This document shows positions 1 to 13,190 of a DNA stretch of 64,000 bases, piece after piece. Source of the DNA: Octopus vulgaris (lineage: Eukaryota); the NCBI GenBank assembly GCA_951406725.2, contig OX597828.1:42470001-42534000 (forward strand), in the 5' to 3' direction. The first letter of the stretch is position 1. Every line of letters begins with the position of its first letter. The notes under the pieces are model-generated. The model worked only from the letters and a program-made list of their open reading frames with translations, searched no databases and had not been told where the DNA came from. The translations under genes were made by a program, and so were the position numbers.

Positions 1-556
1 TTTTATAGATATATTATACGGCAGACATGCAATGCTCACTCGCAGAGAGAGACTCAAACACACACACACACACAGAAGAAAACATATATGGCTTAAGTGT
101 TTGCACTCCCAAATAACTATTCTATGTGTATATCATTCTATATATACCGAATCCCTTCCCACTGTGTCTGTGCACACGTATGCATGTGTATATATGTGTG
201 CATATGCATTTGTATGTATGTATGTATATGTATGCAAAATATGCTAATATGTGTACACACAATATATATATATATATATACATACATAAATACATATATA
301 TATATATTCACACACACGTGTTTATATAAATGTACATGCGAGTATAAACATTATGTGTGTATGTATGTAGTCCATATTCAACGCATGGTATAATTATATA
401 CACCCATGTGTGAATATAGATACCTTAAAACAGTTTATATCTGATTTCTATTATCATATCTGAAACTTTTCCTCCTTATGAAATATATTGCTGTACTTAA
501 GTTGTGCGGCTTCCATATACACATACATACATATCATTTGTGTGTATATATGTGTA

Positions 557-613
<57 letters not shown>

Positions 614-908
614 GCGCACATATATACGCATACGTTTGTGTGACATGTGTGGAAGACAGGGAGAGAATCGGGAGAGCGGGGGTAGGGTTTTTACGCGCGC
701 GCGCGTGTGTGTGTGTGTGTAAGTGTGTGTGTGTGTGTGTGTAAGTGTGTGTGTGTGTGTGTGTGTAAGTGTGAGTATGTGTGTGTGTGTGTGTATCCAT
801 ATAGGAATTACAACTTGAAGCACCATACATAACGACCTCTGGGGTGATTGCCTAATTCTAGATACACTATGGTGTGTGCGGAGTGAAGAATCTAGGTCAC
901 ATGTTGCT

Positions 909-942
<34 letters not shown>

Positions 943-1950
943 TCTCTATCTATCTATCTCTCACTTTTTCCCTCTCTCCCTCTCTATCTCTCTCTCTCTC
1001 TCTCTTTCCCCTCTCATTTCGTGTGTGTGTGTGTGTATTTATGTATAATATTTGTCAAATATAGTCATTCACACTTGCGAAGAATATATATGTAGGTAGT
1101 TAGAGAGGTAAGTAGGTAGGTAGATTAAATATGTATATATTTGTCTATATATACAAAATATACGTGCATACACAAACACACACACATACATACATATGTA
1201 TATGACAAACTTGCTTGGATGAAAATGGATGCATCGCGTTCAATCAAAGAATAACTAATATTATATATATACATACATACATACATATATATATATATAA
1301 AAACACTTATATATATATAAACACAATGGCGGTGCCCCAGCATGGCCACAGCTCATTAGCTGAAACTGGAAAAATCAAAATCAAAATCATATATAGATAG
1401 ATAGATATGTATATATTTTATATACATATATATATATGAGATGTATATATATCTATTATACACACATATATATATATATTCTTTGTATACAGACAGACAT
1501 TATAGATAGGTGGTAGTTTATATAGCAAGATAATTTGTATGTAGAAGTGTGTTTATAAAGAGAGAGAGAGAGAGAAGGGCGGAAATAATCACCAATAGTG
1601 CTTGTATTTCATTCAGTAATGAATTAGTTGTAATTATAATAATAAAGATAACGATAATAATAATTATTATTTTCTTCGTTTATTTTTTCCTTTTTGGGTC
1701 GATAAACTAAGTCCCGATTGCTTAACTTACAAGGGTCAAATGTAATCAAATTCGTCCCCTTCCCCAAAATTTTACTGACCCTATGTCAACGTTAGTTAGA
1801 AACTACGACCACCCCTACCATCATCATCATCGTCATCATCGTCATCATCATTAGTACACTATAATAAACTCGATGGATTACTTGCTGATGCCGGATTGCC
1901 AAATTAACCTTGGATTTGATGACAAAGACACCGTTTTACATTCGACCTGA

Positions 1951-2362
1951 ACTCTTTTACTCTTTTACTTGTTTCAGTCATTTGACTGCGGTCATGCTGG
2001 AGCACCGCCTTTAGTCGAGCAAATCGACCCCGGGACTTATTCTTTCTAAGCCCAGTACTTATTCTATCGGTCCCTTTTGCTGAACCGCTAAGTGACGGGG
2101 ACGTAAACACACCAGCATCGGTTGTCAAGCAATGCTAGGGGGACAAACACAGACACACAAACACACACATACATACATATATATATATATACATATATAC
2201 GACAGGCTTCTTTCAGTTTCCATCTACCAAATCCACTCACAAGGCATTGGTCAGCCCAAGGCTATAGTAGAAGACACTTGCCCAAGGTGTCACACAGTGC
2301 GACTGAACCTGGAACCATGTGGTTGGTAAGCAAGCTACTTACCACACAGCCACTCCTGCGCC
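1951..2362 (-). mobile_element. SINE family A, full length (tRNA-like head, CORE-like domain, internal TA/TG microsatellite, GTAAAAGA tail)
   Basis: Reverse complement of the copies at 41567 and 56411. A-box-like TGGCTGTGTGG, B-box-like GGTTCAGTC, ACCTTGGGCAAGT resembling the CORE-SINE domain. Confidence 0.9.
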
Positions 2363-2519
2363 TAACCTGTATTAAGTTTAAAAAAACCCATGTCCCGTTT
2401 TTTTTTTTCTACCAACAAAACACTCTACCGACTCTACCACTGTTTTTGATGATGATGATAATGGTGATGGTGATTACGTGTACCTGATGTAGAAGAACTG
2501 TGTGTGTGTGTGCGTTGTA

Positions 2520-2550
<31 letters not shown>

Positions 2551-2958
2551 AACACACATATTTGCACAAACAAGAGACTGAGAGACCTACACGACATTAC
2601 GCGAAACATTGCATTTCTTCTTCCTTTCTTCTTCTTTATAAGGTTTTATTTGCGGAAAAAAAAGAAAAAAAGAACTAAAATAACAAACAAAAAAAAAAAC
2701 CCCCAAACATCCAGCACGACTGTTGGAAGGATGTTGTGACTTTCTTACAAGACGAATGAATGAAGGAGTTTTTAAGATTGAACTTTTACTCCCACCATCA
2801 CTAATTCTGCCTTTTCCTTGACCCACCCACCCCACTCCGCCATCATCATCATCCTCAACATATAATCATCGCAAGAATTAAGAAACGAATGACAAGAAAT
2901 AAGATTTAAAGGTCATACACAGACACACACACAGTTGCTGACATTGCCTTGCGTGTGT

Positions 2959-3009
<51 letters not shown>

Positions 3010-4165
3010 CATAAGTAGTATATATATATATATATATATATGCTTTCGTGTGTGTGTGAGAGAGAGAGAGATAGGGGAGAAAGACTATGTGTGTATTATG
3101 TATACATGTAGATAAGTGTGCGCACATGACCATGTGTGTGTGTATATATATATATGTGTGTGTGTATTTGTATATGTGTATGGATATATATGTGTGTGTG
3201 TATGTGCATATATATACACACACACACACACACATATATAATATAGTATATAGATTTATATGAATTGTGTGTGTGTGTAGTGGGCGGGTGGGTGTTGTGG
3301 ATGGGTTTATTGCCAAGGGTAAAAAAAAAAAGAAATCGCGAGTAGAGAAGTGTGAGGTGGCAGTTTTGTTATCACACGAAAAATACTTAAGTGACATGCT
3401 TTGCTATACGCGTTACTGGTGTCTGTTTCTCGAGCCGTCTCAGTCACGTGACACGTGTGCCGGGGGGGGGGGGGGGGGGGCTGTGGGTGGTGGGGGAATG
3501 GAGCGTTGTTTAACCAAGCAGACAGTACAGCTTGCGCAAACGTACAAACACACACACCACTCGCACACACACACACTCACACACAGTCATTCATGCTCCA
3601 CACTCTTGTCTAATCTTATATCATCCACCTTATTTATATCTCTTTTTTCTTCATCCCAATATGTCTCTTCTTCTATCTTATCATAGTAGTATATATAGAT
3701 GTGTGTGTGTGTGTGCGTTAGTGCGTGTTTTATATATATATATGTATATATAAGATATATTATATGTATATATATATATATATATAGTGACACTTTTTAG
3801 TAAGTCATTGGATTGCGGCCATACTGAGGAACCACACAATATATACATATGCGGCGTGCCCCAGCACCACCGGTGTGTATACGTGTGTGTGTATATGTAT
3901 ATATACTATATATGTATATATATATGTATGTATGTGTATGTATATGTATGTATATATATATATGTGTGTATATGTATGCGTGCGTGTGTGCTATTTGAGT
4001 ATGTACACATATGTTCCATTAGGAAAAACGACTGTGTTTTCGTGTTATCTTTTTTTTTATCAGGTCTTTTTGTTTTCTATATATATATTTCTATAAATCT
4101 CCTTTCTCTATTGCAAGAAATAACTTTTCTAAATGCATTTAATATCTAATAGTAACAGCAATAAT

Positions 4166-4207
<42 letters not shown>

Positions 4208-4435
4208 CACACACACACACTCACAATCCTTGTATATTTAAGATAGTACCTTGTGATATGAAGAAGATTTAGCTGCTATTTTTAGCAGGCCCAGTGTGTA
4301 GTAAGTAGTTGTTGTTGCTTTGCTCTATGTCAAACGTCGAAAAATGTCATGTGTGTATGTATATACGTGTATATGTGTATATATACATATATATATATAT
4401 ATAAATATATACACATATGTATATATACACATGTA

Positions 4436-4513
<78 letters not shown>

Positions 4514-5298
4514 GAGATGTATATATATATATATATATATAGATATTTGTGTGTTTGTACATAGCAAGTTGGAGAAAGGGGAGAGAGAGAATTTTTAAGA
4601 ATGAGACGAGAAAGAAAATTTAATTAAACGAGCGTAAAGAGAGAGGCTGCGTGATTAAGAATAGACAATACATAAAAATAGCTGTGTGGCAAGGATTGTG
4701 TGTGTCAGAATCGTTGTGATGTATATATTTGATGCTATCATTGTGTGTGTGTATGTGTGTCTTTACTTTATTCCCCCACCAACTCTATCTCTCTCTCTCT
4801 CTGTCTCTCTCCTAGCTTCTCTGTTGGTGTCTGCCACGGTAGAGAGAAGTAACTGTGATATGCTACTGACCTAAATACCGCTTTTCGTAAAAATGATGGG
4901 TTCTTACATAGTAAGAGAGTAAGAGAGAGAGAGAGAATGGTTTAGGACCTTTTCGATGCTGTGTATTATTATAGAGCTAGGTCTAGGTGTGCAGTCGATT
5001 CACTTAGGTTTAGGTATTCGGTATACGATGGAACGTGGTCGAATATAAACCTTGTGTGAGGTTCGATTTATCGCCTTGCGTAGAGAGAGAGAGAGAGAGA
5101 GTATATATATATATATATATGTATGTGTGCATATATATACGTGTATGTATGTGTGCATATATATATATGTGTGTATGTATGTGTGCATATATGTATATGT
5201 GTATGTATATATGTATATATATATATGTGTATATATATATATATCTGTGTGTGTATAATATATATATATATTTGTGTGTATAATATATATATATATAC

Positions 5299-5337
<39 letters not shown>

Positions 5338-5443
5338 TTCATATGTGTATATATATATATATATATATTCATATGTGTATATATATATACATATATATAT
5401 ATATATTTATATGTGTATATATAAGTATGTATGTGTATGTATC

Positions 5444-5583
5444 AGCATCATCATCGCTTAACGTCTGCTTTCCATGCTGGCATGGGTTGGGCCGTTTGAT
5501 TGAGGACTGGTGAGCCAGAGGCTGCATCAGGCTCAATCTGATCTGTCGAAGTTTCTACGGATGCCCTTCCTATCGCCAACCAC
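5444..5583 (-). mobile_element. Repeat family D (RTE-associated SINE/LINE 3' end with (GAT)n tail)
   Basis: CATCATCATCGCTTAACGTC...TTCCATGCTGGCATGGG...GGATGCCCTTCCT..CGCCAACC, second copy at 15941-16150. Confidence 0.65.
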
Positions 5584-5636
5584 ATATGCATATGTATGCA
5601 TATATATTTATGTGTGTGTGTGTGTGTACATACGTA

Positions 5637-6010
5637 TACTTGTTTCAGTCATTAGACTATGGCCATGTTGGGGCACCGCCCAGAAGAATCTTTAGTCGAA
5701 TGAATCGGCTCCAGTACTTATTTTTAAAACTAAAGCTCGATAATTCTATTGGCCTTTTTTGGCCGAACTGCTAATTTACAGGGACATAAACACACCAATA
5801 ACGGTTGTCAAGCGCTAGTGGGGGAGGAGGACAAACAAAATCACACACACAAATATATAATTATACGACGAGCTTGTGAGTTAATTTTCGTCTACCTAAC
5901 CCACTCCGTTGCAAAGCTTTGGTCGGCCCGGGGCTGTTGTATAGCAGACATATGCGACTGAACCCAGAACTATGGGGTTGAAAAGCAATCTTGTTACCAC
6001 TCGTGTACCA
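5637..6010 (-). mobile_element. SINE family A, degenerate
   Basis: TACTTGTTTCAGTCATT...GCTTTGGTCGGCCCGGGGCT...GACTGAACCC homology. Confidence 0.75.
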
Positions 6011-6060
6011 AGCTTTGTGTGCGCTTTTGTTGGTCCGTGTTGGCCTATCATAATCCAATA

Positions 6061-6404
6061 CAGTAGAACCTCGCAGTACGAGTGCCCCATTGTACGAGTA
6101 ATTTGCTGTACAAGCCGAGACTCGTGCGATTTTATAGTCTCGAAGTAGAAGTGGAAATCCGCACTACGAGCACACAAATCGTCCCATCTTTAAGGTAATT
6201 CAGTTAATAAGATATTGTAAACTACACCTATGTTTTAAAACCCATAAAAAATTGTTTTTGAGTGATTTTTGTGGGGGTGGGGACTGGAACAGATTAATTA
6301 TATTTTAGTGTATTTCAATGGTGAGAATCGATTTGTAAAACGAGTAAATCGTAAGGAGAGGTTGGTCATAAAGCGAATTAAACTTGTACTGCGTGGTATC
6401 ACTG
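6061..6404. mobile_element. Tigger/pogo-type MITE
   Basis: TIRs CAGTAGAACCTCGCAGTACGAGT and reverse complement CAGTGATACCACGCAGTACAAGT (18 of 23), flanked by TA on both sides. Confidence 0.85.
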
Positions 6405-6584
6405 TACGTCAAAATGTGGAGTTTGTAAATGAATGTAATCAATTTAATTACGTGTATAGCCGATGCAACATGTGTTGGTCTTAATTAGCTACGTTTGTGT
6501 TGTCGATGTATCGGGGTGTGTAATCGATATGGCGAAATGCGTAATTTTTATTATCAGGATGTCTTTATTTTTTTATTTTTTGTT

Positions 6585-7130
6585 TTTGCTTCAGTCTTTG
6601 GAATGCGGGCCATGCTGCTGGAGAGCCTTAGATGGGTTTCTTTTTTTGTTTTTTTCCTTCTTTTAGCCGAAAAGATCACCCCTTGTACCCTTTTTGTTTT
6701 GTTGATTTTTTTTTTAAGTGTGGTACTTACACTCTGTCGGGCTTTTTTGTCGAACCGCTAAGTTACATGGGCGTAAGCAAACCAATCTCAGTTGTCTAGC
6801 AATGGATGGAGTGGCAAACGCAGGCACAAAGACACACATATGCATACATATAGTTTCCGTCTACTAACTTTACTCACGAGGTATTGGTCGGCCCTGATCT
6901 GTTACTGTTGAAAACACATGCCCGAGGCGCTCGGGCAGTGTAGGAAATGAACCCGAAACTAAGCTGCAGATTTTAGTCCAAGAAAAATCCCTATATAGAC
7001 TCGAGAAACAATAAAATATATTTAATATAATCGTGTCGGAGCTCTCTATAACGGAAAAACACTTACCCAAAGTGCTGCGCGAAACCGTGTGGCTGCAAAG
7101 CGAGTTTTTTACCCACATGGCTATACCTGT
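6585..7130 (-). mobile_element. SINE family A, degenerate, with internal insertion/duplication
   Basis: GCGGGCCATGCTG, GTCGAACCGCTAAGTTAC, GTTTCCGTCTAC, TTGGTCGGCCC motifs in order. Confidence 0.65.
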
Positions 7131-8272
7131 GTCATGAGTCCGAGAACTGGGGCTGCAGAGGGTGCAAGTGCACCTCCTAGAATTTTTGTTGGGTGCGAAA
7201 GGAAAAATTTGCACCCCTACTTACTTTTCTCAGGTTTAGAAAACTGAATAAAAAGTCATCTGAAAAATAGTGGATCAAAGTTGGGTTACTTAACAGAGAA
7301 CAAAAATAAATTAAAAACTAAAACCTTGCTTGTAAACATTTTTGGTCTGTGTAGTAGAGATTTAAACGATTTCTTCCTTTAATAATAGAGTTGAGCCTGC
7401 TTAACTTTATCGACTTTTGGGGGCCTGAAAGGCCATGGGTGATTACTTGTGAAATTTGAACTCAGAACGTAGACGGGTTGGAAGGGTACAACTAAATAGC
7501 TCAAATATATATTTTGCCTGATAGCCCCTTAATTGTTTTTGCTTCAATAATTTTATAGGGTCCATAAAATCTCAGATTACAAACGATTCTGTTTGGGGGA
7601 TAACAAATTAAAGCGGCCCCAAGATGAAACATTTTGTTGAACTCACACCCAAGTCAAATTCAATAGATTAAGATTAGATTAGTTAATAACTCATGTCCTT
7701 GGATTAGTTTCACAACTCGGTTTCCAATTTGCCATCCGTGGTTAATTTTCGTTCACGATAAGTGATATTAATTATAAGTTTAAGAAAGTGACAGTAAAGA
7801 AAGAAGTCACCTTCTGAATCTTTGCTAAACACAGAGAAACTAAAGTTTGGCGAATATTAGGATTCTATAAACAAACCATAATTGTATAATAAACGAAAAA
7901 CAAAACTGAAAAAGAGAAAAAAAAAAATCAAAATGTTGATATTTGGGATTTGTTAATTAATTAATTAGTTCACTGTTTGATTTATGCTATGACGTGTTTT
8001 AACTGTAAAGTTGTATCTTCCGATATCGGGGGAAACTCCACCTCTCTCTCTCTTTCACTGTGCGCTTTCATTGACCTGTTCTTTGGTCTCAAGATAACTA
8101 GTTCAAATGAGAAATCATTTAGGGATATATAACAACGTAGTTAAACCTATATCCTCCTACTACTACTCTTCACTGTAAGTAATCATCATCATCGTCATCA
8201 TCATCATCATCATACCCCCACATCGCGTTTCAATTATTATAAAAATGTAACTAGTTTGCATTTTAACTTATT

Positions 8273-8420
8273 ATCCTTTCGGGGTCGGTATTTCGTCCGC
8301 CCCTAAATTCAGAGTTCAAATTCCGCCGAGGTCGACTTTACCTTTCATCCCTCCGGGACAGTTAAATTAAGTACCAGTTGAGTACTGGGGTCGATGTAAT
8401 CGACTCGCAAAATTTTGAAA
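8273..8420 (+). mobile_element. SINE family B, partial, interrupted (tail resumes at about 8637)
   Basis: GAGTTCAAATTCCGCCGAGGTCGAC...CTGGGGTCGATGTAATCGACT. GTGCCTATAGAAG reappears after the inserted element. Confidence 0.75.
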
Positions 8421-8444
8421 TATTATTATTATTATTGTTGTTGT

Positions 8445-8636
8445 TGTTGTTTAGTGAGAGAGCAGTGCATGCCATCAAAGTGACACTGATGTACAAATAT
8501 ACAAAGCCCAGTATATCCATCATGACTACCCATCTGATAAGGGTACACCAGGTACATGCATCACAACCATATGTGTGCAAAAATGGTAATCTCGTATCAA
8601 GATAACCAGCGCATGGCCTTGCTGGTGGGGCCCAGG
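8445..8636 (-). mobile_element. 3' end of an unclassified non-LTR retroelement with (AAC/AAT)n tail, nested in a SINE B
   Basis: Complex sequence splitting a SINE B copy, with a trinucleotide tail at its left end. Classification is inferred only. Confidence 0.45.
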
Positions 8637-8657
8637 TGTGCCTATAGAAGAACGACA

Positions 8658-8711
<54 letters not shown>

Positions 8712-8930
8712 GGCGGTGAGCTGGTAGAATCGTTAGCACGCTGAACGGAATGCTTAGCGGTATTTCGCCGTTGTTTCGTTCTGAGTTCAAATTCCACCGA
8801 TGTCGACTTTGCCTTTCATCCTTTCGGGGTTGATAAATTAAACACTGGGGAGGGGAAAGGGGGTTCGATGTAATCGACGAGTCTCCTCTCACCAAATTTC
8901 AGGCCTTGTGCCTGTAGTAGAAGGGATTAT
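8712..8930 (+). mobile_element. SINE family B, full length, tail type 1 ending in (ATT)n
   Basis: GGCGGTGAGCTGGTAGAATCGTTAG...GAGTTCAAATTCC (B-box-like)...GTCGACTTTGCCTTTCATCCTTTCGGGG...GGCCTTGTGCCTGTAGTAGAAGGGATT. More than ten homologues in window. Confidence 0.9.
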
Positions 8931-9334
8931 TATTGTTATTATTATTGTTATTATTATTATTATTGTTATCATTATTATTATTATTATAGTCCCTTATATG
9001 TAATTCAGTGTCTTCAATAATGCTTGTTACGTCATTGAGAGAACGGAAATTCTCCGGCTTTTTCCGGATTTCATTTAAGTATATTTTACATTTATGAATG
9101 AAAGAAAAAAAAAGTAATGAATGTGATAAATTTACATTTTTTTTTGCTTTGCCCTACTTCTGCGTACGTAATTAGGTCATATAACCTACTCTTCTTCGTT
9201 ACCAATATATAATTATTAAAATCTTTGTATAACATAATGTAATGTGTATCGTTTAAAAGCCAGAAGCTGCGGTTTTTCTTAAAGTCCAGGAAAAATACCT
9301 ATATAGAATTGAATAAGTAATCATAAATAAATAA

Positions 9335-9630
9335 TCCTTTCTACCATAGGCACAAGGCCTGGAATTGTTGGGGAGCGGGCTAGTCGATTAGATCAACCCC
9401 AGTTCTCAACTGGTACTTTATTCATCGACCCCGAAAGGAATAAAGGCAAAGTCGACCTCGGTGGAATTTGAACTCTGAACGCAGCGACGGGCGAAATACC
9501 TATTTACAAGGCTTTGGTCGGCCCGATGCCATAGTAGAAGACACTTGTCCTAGGTGCGACGCAGTGGGACTGAACCCCGAACCATGTGGTTGGTAAGCTG
9601 GCTACTTACCACACAGTCACTCCTACGCCT
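9335..9630 (-). mobile_element. SINE B (9335-9500) fused to a SINE A head (9505-9630)
   Basis: ATCCTTTCTACCATAGGCACAAGGCC...GGGCGAAATACC, then ACAAGGCTTTGGTCGGCCCG...CACTCCTACGCC. Confidence 0.85.
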
Positions 9631-10021
9631 ATGTGCATATCTTACATATAGGCACACAGATTTAGTTCAACTTTATGAAATGTATGCCGTGTCAAGTGTC
9701 ACAGATTAACATTTCATGCATGACGCCTGCGAGAGAGAGAGAGGTGGGGGTAGGGTAAGAGAAATAAAGACAGACACAAAAGTAGAGAGAGAGAGAGAGA
9801 GAGAGAGTAAATAAAACCTGTTTCTCTTTCCAATAATTCCGATTTTACGTTTTCTACTTCCATATTTTTTTTCCGCTGTCAGTTTCTCCTCTTCAATGCG
9901 AGATTAGCGTGTCCTTTTTATTTTTATTTATTTGTGTTTCAATAATATCGGATATTAAAGTACGCCTCTACCCATTGTTGTGTGTAGTAGTAGCACCAGT
10001 AGTAGTAGTAGTAGTGGTGTG

Positions 10022-10088
<67 letters not shown>

Positions 10089-10188
10089 CTTGCTCGCTTA
10101 GCCAGCGGGGTGGCGTTATTTGAAGGCTAAAACAATGCGAAGGCATTGTGACCAGCGATGTGTAACAACATCTGATGGTCTGGTCGGT

Positions 10189-10219
<31 letters not shown>

Positions 10220-10592
10220 CTAGCAGTATCGCCCGGCGTTGCTCGGGTTTGTAAGGGAAATAACTATAAAGCATTTTTAGAGAGTTATAGCCAAAAAATG
10301 GAAAAAAAATGATGGTAAATTTTTTTTTTAGTTAAAAAGGTTGAGTTGCGTCCCCTAAGACAGTCTGTGGTTTGTGTTTCTGATTCTCGACTCCATGTCG
10401 AATTTATCGATCTTTTTCAGAACTGGGGGAACTTTTCAAAATTTTCGCTGCGTTAGTTTTGAATTATGACATTGGGCTATGTGTGTGTCAAGTTTCATCA
10501 GAATCGGTTGAAAGCCGTGGTCAGGGTGAGGGTACAACCTAACAGACACACAGACACACACACAGACAAACTGCCGTTTATATATAGAGAGA
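10220..10592 (-). mobile_element. Complete non-autonomous Helitron (373 bp)
   Basis: Minus strand begins TC(TCTCTATATATAAA) after an A and ends with hairpin CCCGAGCAACGCCGGG, then CTAG before a T. These are canonical Helitron termini with an A|T insertion site and no TSD. Internal CA/CAGA microsatellite. Confidence 0.88.
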
Positions 10593-10599
10593 TATGTAT

Positions 10600-10843
10600 G
10601 TATGGCTGTGTGGTAAATAACTTGCTTACCAAGCCACATGGCTCCGTGTTCAATCCCACTGCGTGGCACCTTGGGCAAGTGTCTTCTGCTATAGCCTCGG
10701 GCCGACCAATGCCTTGTGAGTGGATTTGGTAGACAGAAACTGAAAGAAGCCCGTCATATATATATATATGTATGTATGTATGTATATATGACGGGCTTCT
10801 TTCAGTAAGTGGATTTGATAGACGGAAACTGAAAGAAGCCCGT

Positions 10844-10845
<2 letters not shown>
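10600..10845 (+). mobile_element. SINE family A 5' half with local inversion/duplication
   Basis: TGGCTGTGTGGTAA...CACCTTGGGCAAGTG...GAAAGAAGCCCGTC, followed by an inverted and then a direct copy of the same segment. Confidence 0.85.
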
Positions 10846-10884
<39 letters not shown>

Positions 10885-11609
10885 GTATGTATGTATGTGT
10901 GTGCTTATGGCGGGGGTATACATACATGCATACATACAATGTAAATTCATATTTATCTGAGATTATCTGAGATCGTGATAAACGATTTAAAGAGATTACT
11001 GTAAAAGCGGAGCAGGTGAAGAGATGTGTTGTGTGGTGTGTATGTAAATAGGAAACGAGTTGTTTTGACATTCATCCATTTCCCTAGAGCCTCTTTTACC
11101 AATTGAAAATAAAGTCAAGTAGTTTCATCCGGGTGACGAAATGGGGTGGAGGTGGGGAGAAGCAAGGGTAAAAAAAAAAAAAAAGCCTTCAAAACTGGGT
11201 CACGCTTCATACAAACTATATGACGATGGTGGTGATGGTGATGGTGATGGTGATGGTGATGGTGGTGGTGATGGTGGTGATAGCTCTTTTTGTTTTTGTT
11301 GTTTAAGCTTCCTTCTGAACAGCAAACTAGAAGAGTTTTGTCTATATGGTCAAAGATTTGTTTTTCACATTTTGTTTAGGTTTCTTTCTCCCTTTTTCTT
11401 CTAGTTTTCTCTGGAAAACTGGAACCGTATCATGTGTGTCTAATATGCAGGTTCATCTCTGCTGTTTACTTTAAATCTTTAATGATTCAATAGGCTTTGT
11501 GGCAGTGTGTTCGTTCGGGATAGTTAAAGAGCGTACACAGTTGCCGATGGCGAATCCTGCTAGAATTGAGATGTACATAAGTTGTGTCCCCTGCTTTTAG
11601 TCCACAAGC

Positions 11610-11684
11610 ACATTGTTGAATAGACGCAATGTCGACATTGTTGAATAGACGCAATGTCGACATTGTTGAATAGACGCAATGTCG
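11610..11684. repeat. 25-bp tandem repeat, 3 identical copies
   Basis: ACATTGTTGAATAGACGCAATGTCG x3. Confidence 0.95.
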
Positions 11685-11794
11685 TAACATTTCAGAAGAG
11701 CAAACGTCCTGTTATACTGGATACCTTGTTTTGATGAATGATCGGCGGAGGATCCCTGGGCAGATGTTTATAGCTTTTTTTCTTTTTTTTTTTT

Positions 11795-12112
11795 TACTTG
11801 TTGCAGTCATTAGGCTCCGGTCATGCTGGGGCACCTCATCTTGAAGAATTTTTAGTCGAATGACTAAACCTCAGTATTATATTTTTAAAGCTTGGTACTA
11901 AGTTGTAAAGTCGTAAACACACCAACACCGGTTATGAAGTCAGTCGTATATATTATTATACAAGTGGCTTCTTTTAGTTACCAAATCCACTCGCAGAGCT
12001 TTTGTTGTTTTAAGGTTATAGAAGAAGTCGCTTACCCAAAAGTACCACACAGTAGGACTGAACCCGGAACCACGTGGCTGGTAAACAAGCTTTTTTACCA
12101 CACAGCCACACC
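11795..12112 (-). mobile_element. SINE family A, degenerate
   Basis: TTACTTGTTGCAGTCATT...CCAAATCCACTC...GGACTGAACCCGGAACCACGTGG...ACCACACAGCCAC. Confidence 0.8.
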
Positions 12113-13126
12113 TTTTCTTATGTGGTGAATTTGTCTGTGCCATATTGGAAACCAAGCCCACGGTTTAAGGATTGCGAAAAAGTCCTCGTTGAAGGCAAAT
12201 GAAGTATCTAGGTGGTCCAATGCTGGTTACCAGCCAAATCTATAGACAAGTTCTATGATACGACATTAGCAATGAAACGATATACTATCAATCCGTCATA
12301 ATTTTAAATTGCGGTGTTTCAAACAGAGGTGTGCATGCTCATCAGTCCAAATGTCACACACACTCACTCTCTCTTTTTTTTTCTCTCTCTCTCTCTTTTA
12401 TGTCTTTCCTTTTCTTCCTCTTCTTGGTGTGTTGGTGACGGTGACTTGGTTGCAAGGGGAGGCCAGAGGAAGTAACCCTTTTTTAAGCCCCTGTTGACTT
12501 ATTATTAACCACCACAGGTCTTGACAAGTATGAGAAACAGATATAGAAAGATCGTGTTTTTTTCTTTTCTTTTTTTTTGTTCCTTGTTATATTGGAAGTA
12601 TTATTAATATTATTATTATTCATCAGAACAATGGAAAATTGGCTTCGTTAATAGCACCTGTGTGTGTGTCTGTGAGTGAATGAACGTGTGTGTGCATGTG
12701 TCTCTTTGTGTATACGTCGGTTAAACCGTAGTCTTCGTAAATAAAGCTTCTCTCTTTCTCTTCATCCCTCTTTCTTTCTCTTCATCTCTCTCTTCTCATC
12801 TCTCTCCGTATCTCGATCTCTTTCTCTCTATCTCTATAGTTCATGGTATGTTGTAAGGCTGGTTGTTGGGATGTTGGGATAAATTGGCAACCAGCCACAA
12901 CCACCATCACCACCATTACTACTCTGAAATTTCTCGCTCTCTTTCTCTCACACTTACCTAACGGCATCTTCTCCTCCTCCTCCTCTTCCTTTCTCTTTCT
13001 CTCGCTCCCCTCTCAGCTGTAACAACTGAATAATTAATTAATTCGAGAAAATCCACAAACTACACTTGAATTTTGGCAGTTTTAAGTTATGTAGAGATTT
13101 AAGAATTACCACCACCACTACTACAT

Positions 13127-13190
<64 letters not shown>

